64,000 bases of DNA from a candidate division WOR-3 bacterium (GCA_039803205.1 JBDRYB010000008.1:1-64000), one strand, 5' to 3'. Shown: positions 1 through 10,577, numbered from the stretch's first letter. Numbers and translations are program-made. The notes: generated by a model from the letters alone, not told the origin.

Positions 1-53
1 CTCGTCAGGGCATTCCCTTCGGCAAGGCGCAAAGCGCCTTGTGCCCTGACGAG
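1..53. other. Strong RNA hairpin at the window edge, function unknown
   Basis: 1-12 CTCGTCAGGGCA is the exact reverse complement of 42-53; inner stem CAAGGCGC-AAA-GCGCCTTG at 23-41. Confidence 0.5.
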
Positions 54-98
54 CCTCTAGGAGTTTATAATTTAATCCCTCAGGTTGGAGAGTGGCCC

Positions 99-1175
99 CT
101 AAGGTGCCCGGAAATCCGGACAGATCTCCTCCAGAATGGCGCGAGCGGCCCTTTTGCTGGCTCCGGCGGGACCCAGCATATCCCTGAGCCCAAAAAGCCC
201 CTCCGGAGGCCCGGTGTGGGCTAACATGATCATATCACCAACGATGGCTTCGGGGTTAAGGTGCTGGAGGTGCTCTGGAAAGACCTTCTTCCCCAGGATA
301 ATATTCGTCAGGCTGGTATAAGGCACCTTTACCACTCCCCTCGCGAGCCAGTATGTGATCTCGGAGACCATATAGACCACGACAGAGGGAATTCCCAGGT
401 ATCCTGCCTCAAGGCTTGCTGTTCCTGACGCAACCAGAGCGACATCCGCGGCAGAAAGCACCTCTGGCGCCATGCCCGGAAAAACCCTGAAATCCGGATC
501 GCGGGGCCAGAAGGCCTCAAGGCCCGGAAGCAACGAGAGCAAGAATTCGGCCTCGGAGAACCTGGCCTTCAGGATGTCCTTAACCCGTATGAACTTCCGG
601 GACAGGCGCCTGACCTCGTGCGGCCTTGAGCCAGGCAGAAAAGCGAAAACAGGCCTGCCTGAGGTTTCTACGGGTTTAATGTCTTGGAGCTTGTCAACCA
701 GGGGATGGCCGACGAAAATAGCGTTGATCCCCTTGCTCCTGAAGTATGCTTCCTCAAATGGAAGAATGCAAAGAAGCTTTCTGTAATACCTTGAGAGAAG
801 CCCAAGCCTGAAGCCGCCCCAGGCCCAGGTCTGCGGAGGAATATAATAGATCGCGTTTGGATGTTTGATCTTCCCGGCAAGGTAAAGGTGAAAGCCAGGG
901 TAATCAATGGTTAACATAAGATCACTGGCGAGGGCTTCCCTGGCAAGCTTCCTTATCAGGGATCGGAGGTCGCCAAGATGTGCCAGGGCCTCCTGGACCC
1001 CAACTACTCCCCCACCCTTGCTGATGTCCGCCACGAGCCTCGCGCCGGCCTCTGCCATCCTTGGGCCCCCCATGCCCACAATCTCAAGGCCCGGCTCAAG
1101 CTCCAAAAGCTCAGTTACTATCTCCGCGCCGCGCTCATCCCCTGATGGCTCGCCCGCAGAAACGAATATCCTCAC
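99..1175 (-). CDS. lpxB: Lipid-A-disaccharide synthase
   Basis: SAGEPSGD, IDYPGF, PPQTWAW, ILPFE, FVGHPL, LPGSR, ASGTASLE motifs. Confidence 0.95.
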   Translation of the reverse strand: MRIFVSAGEPSGDERGAEIVTELLELEPGLEIVGMGGPRMAEAGARLVADISKGGGVVGVQEALAHLGDLRSLIRKLAREALASDLMLTIDYPGFHLYLAGKIKHPNAIYYIPPQTWAWGGFRLGLLSRYYRKLLCILPFEEAYFRSKGINAIFVGHPLVDKLQDIKPVETSGRPVFAFLPGSRPHEVRRLSRKFIRVKDILKARFSEAEFLLSLLPGLEAFWPRDPDFRVFPGMAPEVLSAADVALVASGTASLEAGYLGIPSVVVYMVSEITYWLARGVVKVPYTSLTNIILGKKVFPEHLQHLNPEAIVGDMIMLAHTGPPEGLFGLRDMLGPAGASKRAARAILEEICPDFRAP

Positions 1176-1299
1176 ATCGGAAATTATATCGGCAAGACCC
1201 GGGTCTTTTCAGCAAAAGACTTGCTTCCGAATAGACCCTCGCGTTCGCCAACCGCCTATGAGTGCAGGCCCATCAAGCCCTGATTTATAATATTCTCTC

Positions 1300-1776
1300 A
1301 TGCTCATAGCCCTCCTATTGGCCCAGGCAGAATGGCCATCAAATATCTCAGCTATCCGGGACACGACTGCCAAGAAGCCCCTTATGCCCTTAACTATCAA
1401 ACGCGTCCCAACGGGCCTTGACACTGTCCCATACGCAACGGGTAAGAACCCGTCCAGGGCCGCGTGGCTCTCAGGGATAATACCAGGCGGCGGACAGTTT
1501 TACAACGGCCAGGCCTGGAAGGGATTATTGCTTGGGGGCCTGGAGGGTTTTCTCATAGGAGCAACCGCGCATGAGCTCAGGGAATACAAGGATGATCCCT
1601 CCGAGAACAACATGGCTTCTGTCCTCAACTACGGGTTTTTCCTGATAGGCGTGTGGGGGTTCTCGGTAGCCGATGCGTATGCCTTTGCATACATGAGGGA
1701 TTTCGGAAGGAGGGCGGCTTTAGTAGAAAACGAAGTGGAACCGCCCTCGGATACGACAGGAGCTGGTAAAAAATGA
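1300..1776 (+). CDS. DUF5683-like membrane protein
   Basis: KNPSRAAWLSGIIPGGGQFYNG motif followed by hydrophobic segments. Confidence 0.7.
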   Translation: MLIALLLAQAEWPSNISAIRDTTAKKPLMPLTIKRVPTGLDTVPYATGKNPSRAAWLSGIIPGGGQFYNGQAWKGLLLGGLEGFLIGATAHELREYKDDPSENNMASVLNYGFFLIGVWGFSVADAYAFAYMRDFGRRAALVENEVEPPSDTTGAGKK

Positions 1777-2711
1777 AGAGGCTCAGGGTCGGAGTTATTG
1801 GCGTTGGGCACATGGGGGCCATGCACGCGAGGGCGCTTTCAAGGCTACCCGATGCGGAACTGGTTGGGGTTTATGATGTGGATAGGGAGAAGGCCTTGGA
1901 AATAGCGGGAAGATACGGAACGAGAGCCTTCGTCTCTCTGGACGATCTCATCAAGGAATCCGAGGCAGTCGTTGTCGCTACACCAACGAACACCCACCTT
2001 GAGGTGTGCTCAGTGGTCCTGGATGCAGGGCTTCACATCCTCGTTGAGAAGCCCCTCGCGCACGACCTCCCATCCGCAGAGGAGATAGTCAGAAGATCTG
2101 AGGATAAGGGCCTCGTCCTCGCGGTGGGCTACATTGAGAGGTTCAATCCAGGGCTTCTTGCAGCAGCCGAATACATTAGAGACCCAATGTATATTGAGGC
2201 AATGCGCCTCGCGCCTTACAATCCGAGGGGAACGGATGTTGATGTGATAACGGACCTCATGGTCCACGACATAGACATCGTCCTCATGTATATCAAAGAA
2301 GAGCCGGAAAGGCTGACATGCATAGGGGTTCCTGTGCTCACGCAGGACATTGACATAGCGAACGCCAGGCTGGAATTCGCCTCAGGCAGGATAGCCTCCC
2401 TCACCGCCTCACGCGTCTCCATGCAAAAGATGAGAAAGGTGAGGTTCTTCCAGGAAAACACATACATATCGGTCAACCTACTTGAGCGCGATCTTGAGAT
2501 GGTCATAAAGCGCGAGGATACCATACTTCCCTATTTCCCCGAGGTTGACAACACAATAGAACCGATCCAGGCCGAGGACAGGGATTTCGTCCTTTCGGTT
2601 CTCAGAGGCCAAAGACCAGAGGTCTCTGGCCAGGATGCTCTGGCAACGACCCGGCTCGCATACCTCCTGCTTGAGGATGCAGAAAGAAGGCTGAAAACAA
2701 AGGGCGGCTAG
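1773..2711 (+). CDS. Gfo/Idh/MocA oxidoreductase, GnnA-like (UDP-GlcNAc 3-dehydrogenase)
   Basis: GVIGVGHMG Rossmann motif, EKP, ERFNP, DLMVHDID, LTASRVS; close to lpxB. Confidence 0.8.
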   Translation: MKRLRVGVIGVGHMGAMHARALSRLPDAELVGVYDVDREKALEIAGRYGTRAFVSLDDLIKESEAVVVATPTNTHLEVCSVVLDAGLHILVEKPLAHDLPSAEEIVRRSEDKGLVLAVGYIERFNPGLLAAAEYIRDPMYIEAMRLAPYNPRGTDVDVITDLMVHDIDIVLMYIKEEPERLTCIGVPVLTQDIDIANARLEFASGRIASLTASRVSMQKMRKVRFFQENTYISVNLLERDLEMVIKREDTILPYFPEVDNTIEPIQAEDRDFVLSVLRGQRPEVSGQDALATTRLAYLLLEDAERRLKTKGG

Positions 2712-3910
2712 CGCCAGATTAAAACCTTTGTTTCTGAGTCCCCTATATCCGTCCTGAGTTTCAGGAAATAGACCCCTGGTTCAAGTCGCGGCAACCCTAT
2801 CTCGCAAGATGAAAGATTTCCATCAGCGAGAACGCCTACGAGCCTGCCATCAGAGCGATATAGCCTGAGGGAACCATTCACCGGGAACGGGACGCTGAGA
2901 AACGCTCTATTGCCAGCCACGCGAATGGCAAGATGGTCATCAGCAAGGCCTTCCTCGGACGAGAGCACGCACGAGAATGTCTCCGCGTCAACCGAGGAAA
3001 TGGAGAGAATAGAGCCGACAACAGTTATGCAATCCTCATAGGCCGTGTTCGGGGTGTCGGGCGCGAGTATCATTTTCATCTGAACAGAATTAGCACCTCC
3101 CGGTATGACGCCCTGCGCGTTCTGATAATCAACCTCATCGTAGAGGTTGCCGCTGGAGCCTGGAAGTCCATAGGTTCCATCTCTAAGGAGCGCTGACTGG
3201 AAGTAGAGCTTTTCCTTTCCAGTATTGTATCCGAACTGGGAGTAGTTCCAGTAGTCCTGGCCATCGGAGAAAAGCATGGTTGCCCTCGCTGTGGTCACGG
3301 GGTTTGAAGCAGTGAAGTTCCCCATGGTCCATGTGAGGGTGTCCTCATAATAGTAATTCAGCTGCCATGTTACCGTGTAAGCTCCCACATAGAGAACGAC
3401 AGTCCTCACCGGCAGGTTGTCATCGCAGTATATCACCACTATGGAAGCACCATCGGTTCCCCCTGGTTGGTAGTTGGTGCCTGAGGGGGAATAGAATCCG
3501 GAAAGGATGTAGTTCCCGTTCCCGATAGCCTGGACCTGTGGGGTAATGTCAGCGACATAGGTGTATATCAAGGAATCATCCCAACACGGGGATGGCCCTC
3601 TTCCGACCTGGACTCCGGACACGGGAGAGCCGTTCAGGCTCATCTCAGGGTGGGGAATCGCGGCTATTACGGAGTATATCAGAAAAGCCCTCACAACATC
3701 CGGGCCGGAAGGAATTCCTGTGAGGGTTATCGTGTCGGTTTTCGGGTTGTTTGAGCGTAGGCCAGTTGAAGCTACGGTGTATGTGCCCCTGAGAACATAC
3801 CTGGCATAAAGGTATGGCATGGTTCCACCCGGTGTATCCACCGTTATTGGACCTTTACCTATCTCCGAGAACCCATATCCCGCTATAATTACTATGAGTA
3901 TAGCATTCAT
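2708..3910 (-). CDS. Secreted DUF3344-like protein with T9SS type-A-like C-terminal domain
   Basis: Short hydrophobic N-terminus, GGAGG RBS; C-terminal LYRSDGRLV...LEPGVYFLKL...KVLI. Confidence 0.75.
   Translation of the reverse strand: MNAILIVIIAGYGFSEIGKGPITVDTPGGTMPYLYARYVLRGTYTVASTGLRSNNPKTDTITLTGIPSGPDVVRAFLIYSVIAAIPHPEMSLNGSPVSGVQVGRGPSPCWDDSLIYTYVADITPQVQAIGNGNYILSGFYSPSGTNYQPGGTDGASIVVIYCDDNLPVRTVVLYVGAYTVTWQLNYYYEDTLTWTMGNFTASNPVTTARATMLFSDGQDYWNYSQFGYNTGKEKLYFQSALLRDGTYGLPGSSGNLYDEVDYQNAQGVIPGGANSVQMKMILAPDTPNTAYEDCITVVGSILSISSVDAETFSCVLSSEEGLADDHLAIRVAGNRAFLSVPFPVNGSLRLYRSDGRLVGVLADGNLSSCEIGLPRLEPGVYFLKLRTDIGDSETKVLIWR
2739..2920. repeat. 182-bp direct repeat, copy 1 (sorting-domain coding sequence)
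   Basis: Matches 4032-4213 with 2 mismatches by manual alignment. Confidence 0.9.
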
Positions 3911-3950
3911 GTTTCAAACCTCCGGTTCTTCAGTCCCGTAAAATAACAAA

Positions 3951-3972
3951 AGATCTGACACAGACCTGACAC
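3951..3972 (-). promoter_or_regulatory. 11-bp tandem direct repeat, OmpR/PhoB-family-like operator
   Basis: AGATCTGACAC/AGACCTGACAC (10/11 identical) about 40 bp upstream of the 3910 start. Confidence 0.35.
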
Positions 3973-4000
3973 GATGCTGTTGAGAAAGGCATTCTGAAGC

Positions 4001-5170
4001 CTATTGGCCTATGGCCAGCTTCGTCCACGCCTCCCCTATATCCGTCCTGAGTTTCAGGAAATAGACCCCTGGTTCAAGTCGTGGCAACCCTATCTCGCAA
4101 GATGAAAGCTTTCCATCAGCGAGAACGCCTACGAGCCTGCCATCAGAGCGATATAGCCTGAGGGAACCATTCACCGGGAACGGGACGCTGAGAAACGCTC
4201 TATTGCCAGCCACCCGGAGGCCGAGGCCGCCATCAGCAAAGCCCTCCTCGGACGAGAGCACGCAGTTGTAAGTCTCTGCCTCTGTTGACGAGACCGAAAG
4301 AATATGCCCAACAGTGGTTATGCAATCGCCCCAACTGGGATCGTAATCCACGCTCAGAGAGCCACTAACGGAGCTTGCACCGCCAGGGATGTAGCTTGCG
4401 GCGTTCGCTATGTGAACAGCGTCCCATAGATTGCCATCGCCGCCGGGCAATCCATACTGACCGCTCCTTATCAGATAGCCGTTAAAGTACACATATTCAA
4501 GTCCACACGGAATACCGAATTGGCTTTCGTTCCAGTAATCCTGACCATCAGCAAAGATGAGGGTTGTCCTGGCAGAGGTTACGGGATTGGTGGCTATGAA
4601 GTTCGCAAGGTTCCAGGTATAACTGCTGGGGCCCGAAGCGAAATTCAGGGTGTAGGCACCAAGATAAACCACGACGGATCTCACTGTGTTGCCTTGATCG
4701 CAGAATATCACCACGAGAGTAGCGCCTTCCGCGCCTCCGGGTGGAGGATCGCCTCCCGGATTGTAGAAGCCCGTCAGTGTATATGTGCCATTGCCCACTG
4801 ACTGGACTACGGGAGTGACATCCGCCACATAGGTGTATACGAAGGATTCGGTCCAACAGGGGGAAGGCCCGCTACCCACCAAAACCCCGGACAAGGGCGT
4901 GCCATTTATGAACCCTTGGGGTTGAGATGAGCTCGCCACCACAGAGTATATCAGGTAGGCTTTGACGATCTCAGGGCTTGAGGGTAGACCTGATATGTTT
5001 ATTGAGCCTGAGCCAGTAAATCTGAGCCCCGTGGAACCTATGACATAGTTGCCCCTGATCACATACTTGGCATAGAACGCGAGGCTCGTGCCTCCGTCCT
5101 TATCTCGCGAGTCCAGGGACTCCATAGAAGCACCCATATAGCCTACAAGAACCAAATGCGTCCAAAACAT
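4001..5170 (-). CDS. Tandem paralogue of 2708-3910, secreted with T9SS-like CTD
   Basis: Shares GPSPCW, YTYVAD, DGQDYWN, DCIT motifs and near-identical CTD; start set at ATG 5170 from AAAGGGGG RBS spacing. Confidence 0.75.
   Translation of the reverse strand: MFWTHLVLVGYMGASMESLDSRDKDGGTSLAFYAKYVIRGNYVIGSTGLRFTGSGSINISGLPSSPEIVKAYLIYSVVASSSQPQGFINGTPLSGVLVGSGPSPCWTESFVYTYVADVTPVVQSVGNGTYTLTGFYNPGGDPPPGGAEGATLVVIFCDQGNTVRSVVVYLGAYTLNFASGPSSYTWNLANFIATNPVTSARTTLIFADGQDYWNESQFGIPCGLEYVYFNGYLIRSGQYGLPGGDGNLWDAVHIANAASYIPGGASSVSGSLSVDYDPSWGDCITTVGHILSVSSTEAETYNCVLSSEEGFADGGLGLRVAGNRAFLSVPFPVNGSLRLYRSDGRLVGVLADGKLSSCEIGLPRLEPGVYFLKLRTDIGEAWTKLAIGQ
4032..4213. repeat. 182-bp direct repeat, copy 2
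   Basis: Matches 2739-2920 at offset 1293. Confidence 0.9.
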
Positions 5171-5296
5171 AATCATACCCCCTTTGGGTTGACGAAAATT
5201 ATAAAACCTTTGCTCATAAAAAACAACCAAGAGGGTCTGGTAGGATCAGTCAGCCTCGTAAATGCAACCGGGTGTTCCCCGGCCTTATAATTTCCG

Positions 5297-6028
5297 GTGG
5301 TATTCAGAATGACCATTGAATACGATGGCACTGCGTATTATGGTTGGCAGGTTCAGCCTGATGTGCCGACGATCCAGGGAGCCATAGAGGACGCTCTCAG
5401 AAGGTTTCTGAAGGCGCGTTTCAGGCTCGTTGGCGCGTCCAGGACTGATAGGGGCGTGCACGCGAGAGGCCAGGTCGCGAGCCTACACCTGGATGGTGAG
5501 GATGACCCGGCTCGGGTTCGCTCCGCGCTTAACGGAAACCTGCCCCAGGACATATACATTAAGGAGCTTTGGATAGCGGATGAGAATTTCAACGCCAGAA
5601 AAAGCGCTACCGGAAAGAGATACTCCTACACGCTCGTTGTTGGCAGATCCCCCCTGCTCTCCCGCTACGCGTGGGAGTATGTTTGGGGCCAATTGGACAC
5701 AGGACTCCTGACCGAGATGGCCTCAGAGCTCCCCGGCCAGAGGGACATGAGGAACCTTTCTCCCGGGGCAGAGGAAGAGTGCACCCTTGTCAGGATAACA
5801 AATGCAACATGGGAAAAGCATGACAACATCCTGAGGTTCACTATAGAAGGCAACAGGTTTCTTTATAGGCTCGTGAGGAACCTCGTTGGACTCATGGTCG
5901 GAATCGCGGGAGGGAGGCTGGATAAGGAGGATTTCAGAAGGGTTTTACGGGGCGAGAGCGCGAGGATAATAACCGCGCCCGCGAGGGGGCTTTGCCTGGA
6001 GAAGGTCTTCTACGGAGACGAAAGATGA
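5297..6028 (+). CDS. truA: tRNA pseudouridine(38-40) synthase
   Basis: [45 protein letters not shown]. Confidence 0.95.
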   Translation: MVFRMTIEYDGTAYYGWQVQPDVPTIQGAIEDALRRFLKARFRLVGASRTDRGVHARGQVASLHLDGEDDPARVRSALNGNLPQDIYIKELWIADENFNARKSATGKRYSYTLVVGRSPLLSRYAWEYVWGQLDTGLLTEMASELPGQRDMRNLSPGAEEECTLVRITNATWEKHDNILRFTIEGNRFLYRLVRNLVGLMVGIAGGRLDKEDFRRVLRGESARIITAPARGLCLEKVFYGDER

Positions 6029-6687
6029 AGCTTTTCATAGACACGGCAAACCTTGATGATATAAGGGAGATAGCCTCATGGGGCGTTCTCTCAGGCGCGA
6101 CAACGAACCCCACGCTCCTGGCGAGGGAACGAGGCACTCCTGAGGAGGTTCTCAAAGAGATATGCGAGATAGTAAAGGGGCCTGTATCCGCGGAGGTCGT
6201 CGCGACGGAAACAAAGGATATGATAGCTGAAGGAAGGCGCCTTGCGGCTATTCACGATAACATAGTTGTCAAGATACCCATGATACCTGAGGGACTTGCC
6301 GCGGTAAGCGCTCTCTCGTCCGAGGGGATAGCCTGCAACATGACCCTTATCTTCTCCGCGCCCCAGGCCATTCTCGCGGCTAGGGCAGGAGCCAAGTATG
6401 TCTCCCCGTTCGTTGGCAGGCTTGATGACATCGGCGAGAGGGGAATGGATGTTGTTGAGGAGATAGCGGAGATATTCGCAATAAGCGGCATAGAGGCTGA
6501 GATAATCACGGCGTCTGTGAGGCACCCAAGGCATGTGGTTGAGGCCGCGCTCGCGGGCTCACACATAGCGACTCTACCCCCGGCTGTGTTCAGACAGATG
6601 GTGAAACACCCCTTGACGGACAGGGGACTTGAGATATTCCTCAATGACTGGAAGGCCCGCTTCGGAAAGCCGAAAGAGAAGGGATGA
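6025..6687 (+). CDS. tal: Transaldolase / fructose-6-phosphate aldolase family (short form)
   Basis: FIDTAN, TTNPTL, VVKIP Schiff-base Lys, [20 protein letters not shown] 6025 overlaps the truA stop. Confidence 0.9.
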   Translation: MKLFIDTANLDDIREIASWGVLSGATTNPTLLARERGTPEEVLKEICEIVKGPVSAEVVATETKDMIAEGRRLAAIHDNIVVKIPMIPEGLAAVSALSSEGIACNMTLIFSAPQAILAARAGAKYVSPFVGRLDDIGERGMDVVEEIAEIFAISGIEAEIITASVRHPRHVVEAALAGSHIATLPPAVFRQMVKHPLTDRGLEIFLNDWKARFGKPKEKG

Positions 6688-8099
6688 GAAAGTATCTTTA
6701 CCTTTTGGTAGGTGCCGTAGGAACCATCCTCGCGGGCCTGGCTGGATGGTATGGGGCTGACAAATTGATAAACAGGGGTCGGAGTTCCGAGGTCCTGGCC
6801 CAACCATCAATAAGGCAGGCTCAAATAACTGAATCCAGAAAAACAGCAATAGTGACGGCATCGGAGATGGTCTCCCCGGCCGTTGTATCGGTTTCCGTAA
6901 TAGGAACAAGGGAGGTCGCGTCCGCTCCCTTCTTTCAGGACCCGTTCTGGGCCCCCCTCTTTCCGCCAATATACAGAACGGAACGAGTCGTGTCTTTGGG
7001 TTCAGGATTCATCGTCTCCGAGGACGGATACATCCTAACGAACGAGCATGTCATACACGGAGGGGACAGCGTCGTTGTGACCCTTCCGGACGGAAGAAGC
7101 TATAGGGCTGAGCTGGTTGGGGCCTCCGAGAGGCTTGATGTTGCCTTGCTTAAGGTGAAGGCCTCTGGTCTCCCGACGGTGGCGTTCGGGAACTCGGACG
7201 ATGTGGTCCCGGGCGAATGGGCAATAGCCATAGGTAATCCGGTGGGGTATCTGCTTGAGGACCTTGACCCAACCATAACTGTTGGGGTGATAAGCGCTAC
7301 TGGAAGAACAATAAAGGGTGAGGAGGGCGGTAGGCTCTACAGGAACATGATCCAGACCGATGCCGCTGTGAACCCGGGCAACTCCGGCGGGCCTCTCGTC
7401 AACGCGGACGGCGAGGTCATTGGGATGAACACATTCATATTCAGCAAATCCGGAGGATCAGAGGGGCTCGGTTTCGCTATACCATCAAACGCTCTGGTGA
7501 AGTGCGTGGAAGAGTTCAAGAAATACGGCAGGGTAAGGGAGGCTTTTCTGCCCGTTTCCGTCCAGAACATAACCAGGGAGCTCGCTGAGGCCCTTGATTA
7601 TCCGGGGACCTCGGGCGTTGCCGTGGTTTCATCAAGGGATAATGCTCTCAAACCAGAGGACATAATCACGGATGCCGGAGGGAGGCCGATAAGGATAGTC
7701 GGGGATTGGGAGGACATAACATACTTCCTCACCCCTGGAGAAAGGGTGAAGGTGAGGGTCTTCAGAAAGGGCAAGTATCTTGAGCTGGAGCTGGTCGCGC
7801 AGGAGATAAAGGAAACGGGGACAAAGACATCACTTGGTCTTGAAATAGCCCCGATAACGCCTGAGCTCGTTGAGAAATATGGCCTCGCGGAGGAGCAAGG
7901 TCTCGTCATAGTTGGGATCCAGAAGGGATCCTTCGCGGAGAGGATGGGATTAGCCAAAGGGGATGTAATACTGAAGGTCAACGGGCTTTCCCCACAGACC
8001 CCTGAGGAGTTTGAGAGGGCAATAGATTCAAGGAAAGGCTTCCTTGAGATGGTGATCTCCCGGAAGGGCTCGCGCTTCTACCTCTCATACAGGTATTGA
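6684..8099 (+). CDS. degP: DegP/HtrA serine protease with two PDZ domains
   Basis: [33 protein letters not shown]-terminal membrane anchor. Confidence 0.9.
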   Translation: MRKYLYLLVGAVGTILAGLAGWYGADKLINRGRSSEVLAQPSIRQAQITESRKTAIVTASEMVSPAVVSVSVIGTREVASAPFFQDPFWAPLFPPIYRTERVVSLGSGFIVSEDGYILTNEHVIHGGDSVVVTLPDGRSYRAELVGASERLDVALLKVKASGLPTVAFGNSDDVVPGEWAIAIGNPVGYLLEDLDPTITVGVISATGRTIKGEEGGRLYRNMIQTDAAVNPGNSGGPLVNADGEVIGMNTFIFSKSGGSEGLGFAIPSNALVKCVEEFKKYGRVREAFLPVSVQNITRELAEALDYPGTSGVAVVSSRDNALKPEDIITDAGGRPIRIVGDWEDITYFLTPGERVKVRVFRKGKYLELELVAQEIKETGTKTSLGLEIAPITPELVEKYGLAEEQGLVIVGIQKGSFAERMGLAKGDVILKVNGLSPQTPEEFERAIDSRKGFLEMVISRKGSRFYLSYRY

Positions 8100-8100
8100 T

Positions 8101-8898
8101 ATGGAGAACCTGGCCTCCAGAATAAGAACGGGCATCCTCATACTCCTCGGGATAGGGATCCTCATAGGCGGATACCTCTGGTTCATCAAGTGGCAGTTCG
8201 GCAGAAAGGTTCACAGGTATAAGGTCAATGTCTCCTCAGCGGCCTGGGTTCAGAAGGGAACCCTCGTCACCATATCCGGCGTTCCAAAAGGGAGGGTTGA
8301 GAGTCTACAGCTCTATCCGGACAGCGTGATACTATTCATAAGCATAGAAGATTACGCGCTCATGGACAGCGCTTTCGCGATAATAGAGAACCAGGGTATA
8401 ATGGGCGAGAGGAGGGTTGAGGTCTATATGGGCCAGGGGGATACCCTTGCTGAGTGGGCGACGATCCCCGGATACGATACCCCGACCATAGGTGACCTCG
8501 TTGAGAGGGCGGATAAGCTAATGAAGGATGTTGATACCCTCGCTCTGGAGGCAAGGAGCGCGATAAAGGGTGTATCCGAGAGAACCCAGGCGCTTGAGGC
8601 GCAGGTAACATCAACCCTGACGGAAATAGAAGCCCTGTCAAAGGAGCTGAGGGTCTCGGTCAGAAAAGCGAGCGAGAGAACCGACACATCATTTGCCAGG
8701 TTTGATAGCCTCATAGTCCACCTTGATTCGGTCTCCGTGGCCCTCAGAGCACTGGTTGAATCCGAGGGAACAGCTCAGCGCCTCGCGAAGGACGACAAGC
8801 TCTACAAGGACCTTGAAAAGACGATAAGGTCAGCCCAGGACCTCATAGAGGACATAAGGGCAAACCCCAAGAGATATTTCACCATAGAGATATTCTAG
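8101..8898 (+). CDS. MlaD/MCE family protein
   Basis: N-terminal TM, GTLVTISGVPKGRV MCE motif, helical tail ending DIRANPKRYF. Confidence 0.85.
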   Translation: MENLASRIRTGILILLGIGILIGGYLWFIKWQFGRKVHRYKVNVSSAAWVQKGTLVTISGVPKGRVESLQLYPDSVILFISIEDYALMDSAFAIIENQGIMGERRVEVYMGQGDTLAEWATIPGYDTPTIGDLVERADKLMKDVDTLALEARSAIKGVSERTQALEAQVTSTLTEIEALSKELRVSVRKASERTDTSFARFDSLIVHLDSVSVALRALVESEGTAQRLAKDDKLYKDLEKTIRSAQDLIEDIRANPKRYFTIEIF

Positions 8899-9030
8899 GT
8901 CTCCTGGTTCCGGTTTCTGATTACTCACTGAGTTGAACTCAACAGAGGGTAAGTGATCCCCGATATAGGGCCTGTCTACCATTGGAGGGACAGGGGGGAT
9001 AGAGGCCAATGAGCCTCAGCGACAGAGCTC

Positions 9031-9738
9031 TCAGTTTTTCATCTCCCTCCCCACCCTCTCCTCAGCGAACCGGACATACTCCGGCACTATTTCAAACCCA
9101 AGAAACCGCCTTCCGGTCCTCAGCGCGGCAACAGCGGTCGTTCCAGAACCCATAAAAGGGTCAAGGACCATGTCGTTTGGATCGGTTGTGTAGAGTATGA
9201 GCCTCTCAACCAGCGCGAGAGGCAGTTTTGTCGGGGTTTTTATCTTGCCGCTCCAATACTCCCTCTTTATGATGATCACATCCTCAGGATACCTTTCTAT
9301 CTTGTGGAACTTGTATTTCTTCGGATTCTTGGCCGCGAATACTATGTGATAATGGCTGGTGACGAACCTCCTTCTGGTATAGACACCGAACTGATACTTC
9401 CATATCAGGTGATTTACGGGCACGAGGCCAGATTCATCAATAGCAATTAGGACATCCTTGAGGTTGTTCCAGCCAGAAAAGATGAAGGCAGAGCCTGTTT
9501 CTTTTAGCACAGCGGGAAGCTTTGAGATCCAAGACCTGCTGAAATTTAGGTAATCGCCCATCTCATCAGCGTATCCATCAAGAACCCTCTCCGCTGTCCG
9601 GTTGTAGTTGCTGGGTTTTCCCTTGAAATCTATGCCAAAAGGAGGGTCAGCAATAACGAGGTCTACGCTTTCGGCCGGAACATATCCAATGAGCTTTCTA
9701 CAATCTCCCTGATATATTCGGTTATCCGCGAGGATCAT
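9031..9738 (-). CDS. Orphan beta-class N4/N6 DNA methyltransferase
   Basis: DPPF catalytic motif precedes DPFMGSGTT SAM-binding motif; PTKLP; no adjacent nuclease. Confidence 0.9.
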   Translation of the reverse strand: MILADNRIYQGDCRKLIGYVPAESVDLVIADPPFGIDFKGKPSNYNRTAERVLDGYADEMGDYLNFSRSWISKLPAVLKETGSAFIFSGWNNLKDVLIAIDESGLVPVNHLIWKYQFGVYTRRRFVTSHYHIVFAAKNPKKYKFHKIERYPEDVIIIKREYWSGKIKTPTKLPLALVERLILYTTDPNDMVLDPFMGSGTTAVAALRTGRRFLGFEIVPEYVRFAEERVGREMKN

Positions 9739-10577
9739 AGCCTATAGAAAAGCCCCCTTCCTGCTCCTACTGCCCAATTGAAGAAATTGAGGATTGGGTT
9801 AAGAGGGTTACCTCGCTCGTGCTTGCTGAAATACCTGGTAAGACCAATAGACCATTCCAAGGCCATCCTGCTCCTCGCTTTTCTCGTTGAGAGCCCCATC
9901 ACATGTATGACCTTCATTCCCGGGTGAAGGACCACCCTGTAGCCCTTTGCTTTTACCCTCCTTAGCAGGTCAACATCAGAGAAGAACATTCTGAGCCTCG
10001 GGTCAAAGGCCCCTATTTCAAGAAAGACCATCCTCCGCATGAGAAGAGCGGCTCCCATGGGCTGGTCAACCTCGGTTGGCTCAGACACGGGCCTTGGGTT
10101 CAGCTTCCATCTTGAGAGGTTGGGGAAAATCCTGGATATTCCCGTCATCTCAAGGATTATTCCAATGTGATCCGGAAAAGCACGCACCGATGGCTGGAGC
10201 TCCCCGTCTGGATAGAACATCTGGGGTGCTAGAACAGCCACATCCGGATTCTCTCTCATGTAATCAAGCCCAACCAGGAGAGCATCCTCGTGCAGCTGGG
10301 CATCAGGGTTGAGAAGGAAGACATACTCCCCTTTGGCCTTGCGGATCCCCATGTTGTTTGCCTTTGAATAGCCTATGTTCCTTGAGACCCTGATGAGTCT
10401 CAGGCTAACAAAGGCATTTCTCCTGACCCTTTCAACGGTGTCATCCTCTGAGGCGTTATCAACGATCAGGACCTCAACATTCAGGCCCCGGGAAGCCCTT
10501 GCCACGCTCCTGAGCAGATCTTCAACGCAATCAGCGGAATTCCAGGTCACAGATACAACAGAGACATCAGGCTTCAC
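9735..10577 (-). CDS. GT2 glycosyltransferase (WbbL-like)
   Basis: VDNASEDDT, NIGYSKANN, LLNPD, GAALL, FSDVDL. Confidence 0.85.
   Translation of the reverse strand: MKPDVSVVSVTWNSADCVEDLLRSVARASRGLNVEVLIVDNASEDDTVERVRRNAFVSLRLIRVSRNIGYSKANNMGIRKAKGEYVFLLNPDAQLHEDALLVGLDYMRENPDVAVLAPQMFYPDGELQPSVRAFPDHIGIILEMTGISRIFPNLSRWKLNPRPVSEPTEVDQPMGAALLMRRMVFLEIGAFDPRLRMFFSDVDLLRRVKAKGYRVVLHPGMKVIHVMGLSTRKARSRMALEWSIGLTRYFSKHERGNPLNPILNFFNWAVGAGRGLFYRL

Noticed and set aside
2739..4213. DGR template/variable repeat pair
   Set aside because: Both copies are coding, there are only 2 mismatches, and no reverse transcriptase is in the window
8960..9010. SAM-I riboswitch-like GGAGGGACAGG
   Set aside because: Other core elements are missing and it lies between convergent 3' ends
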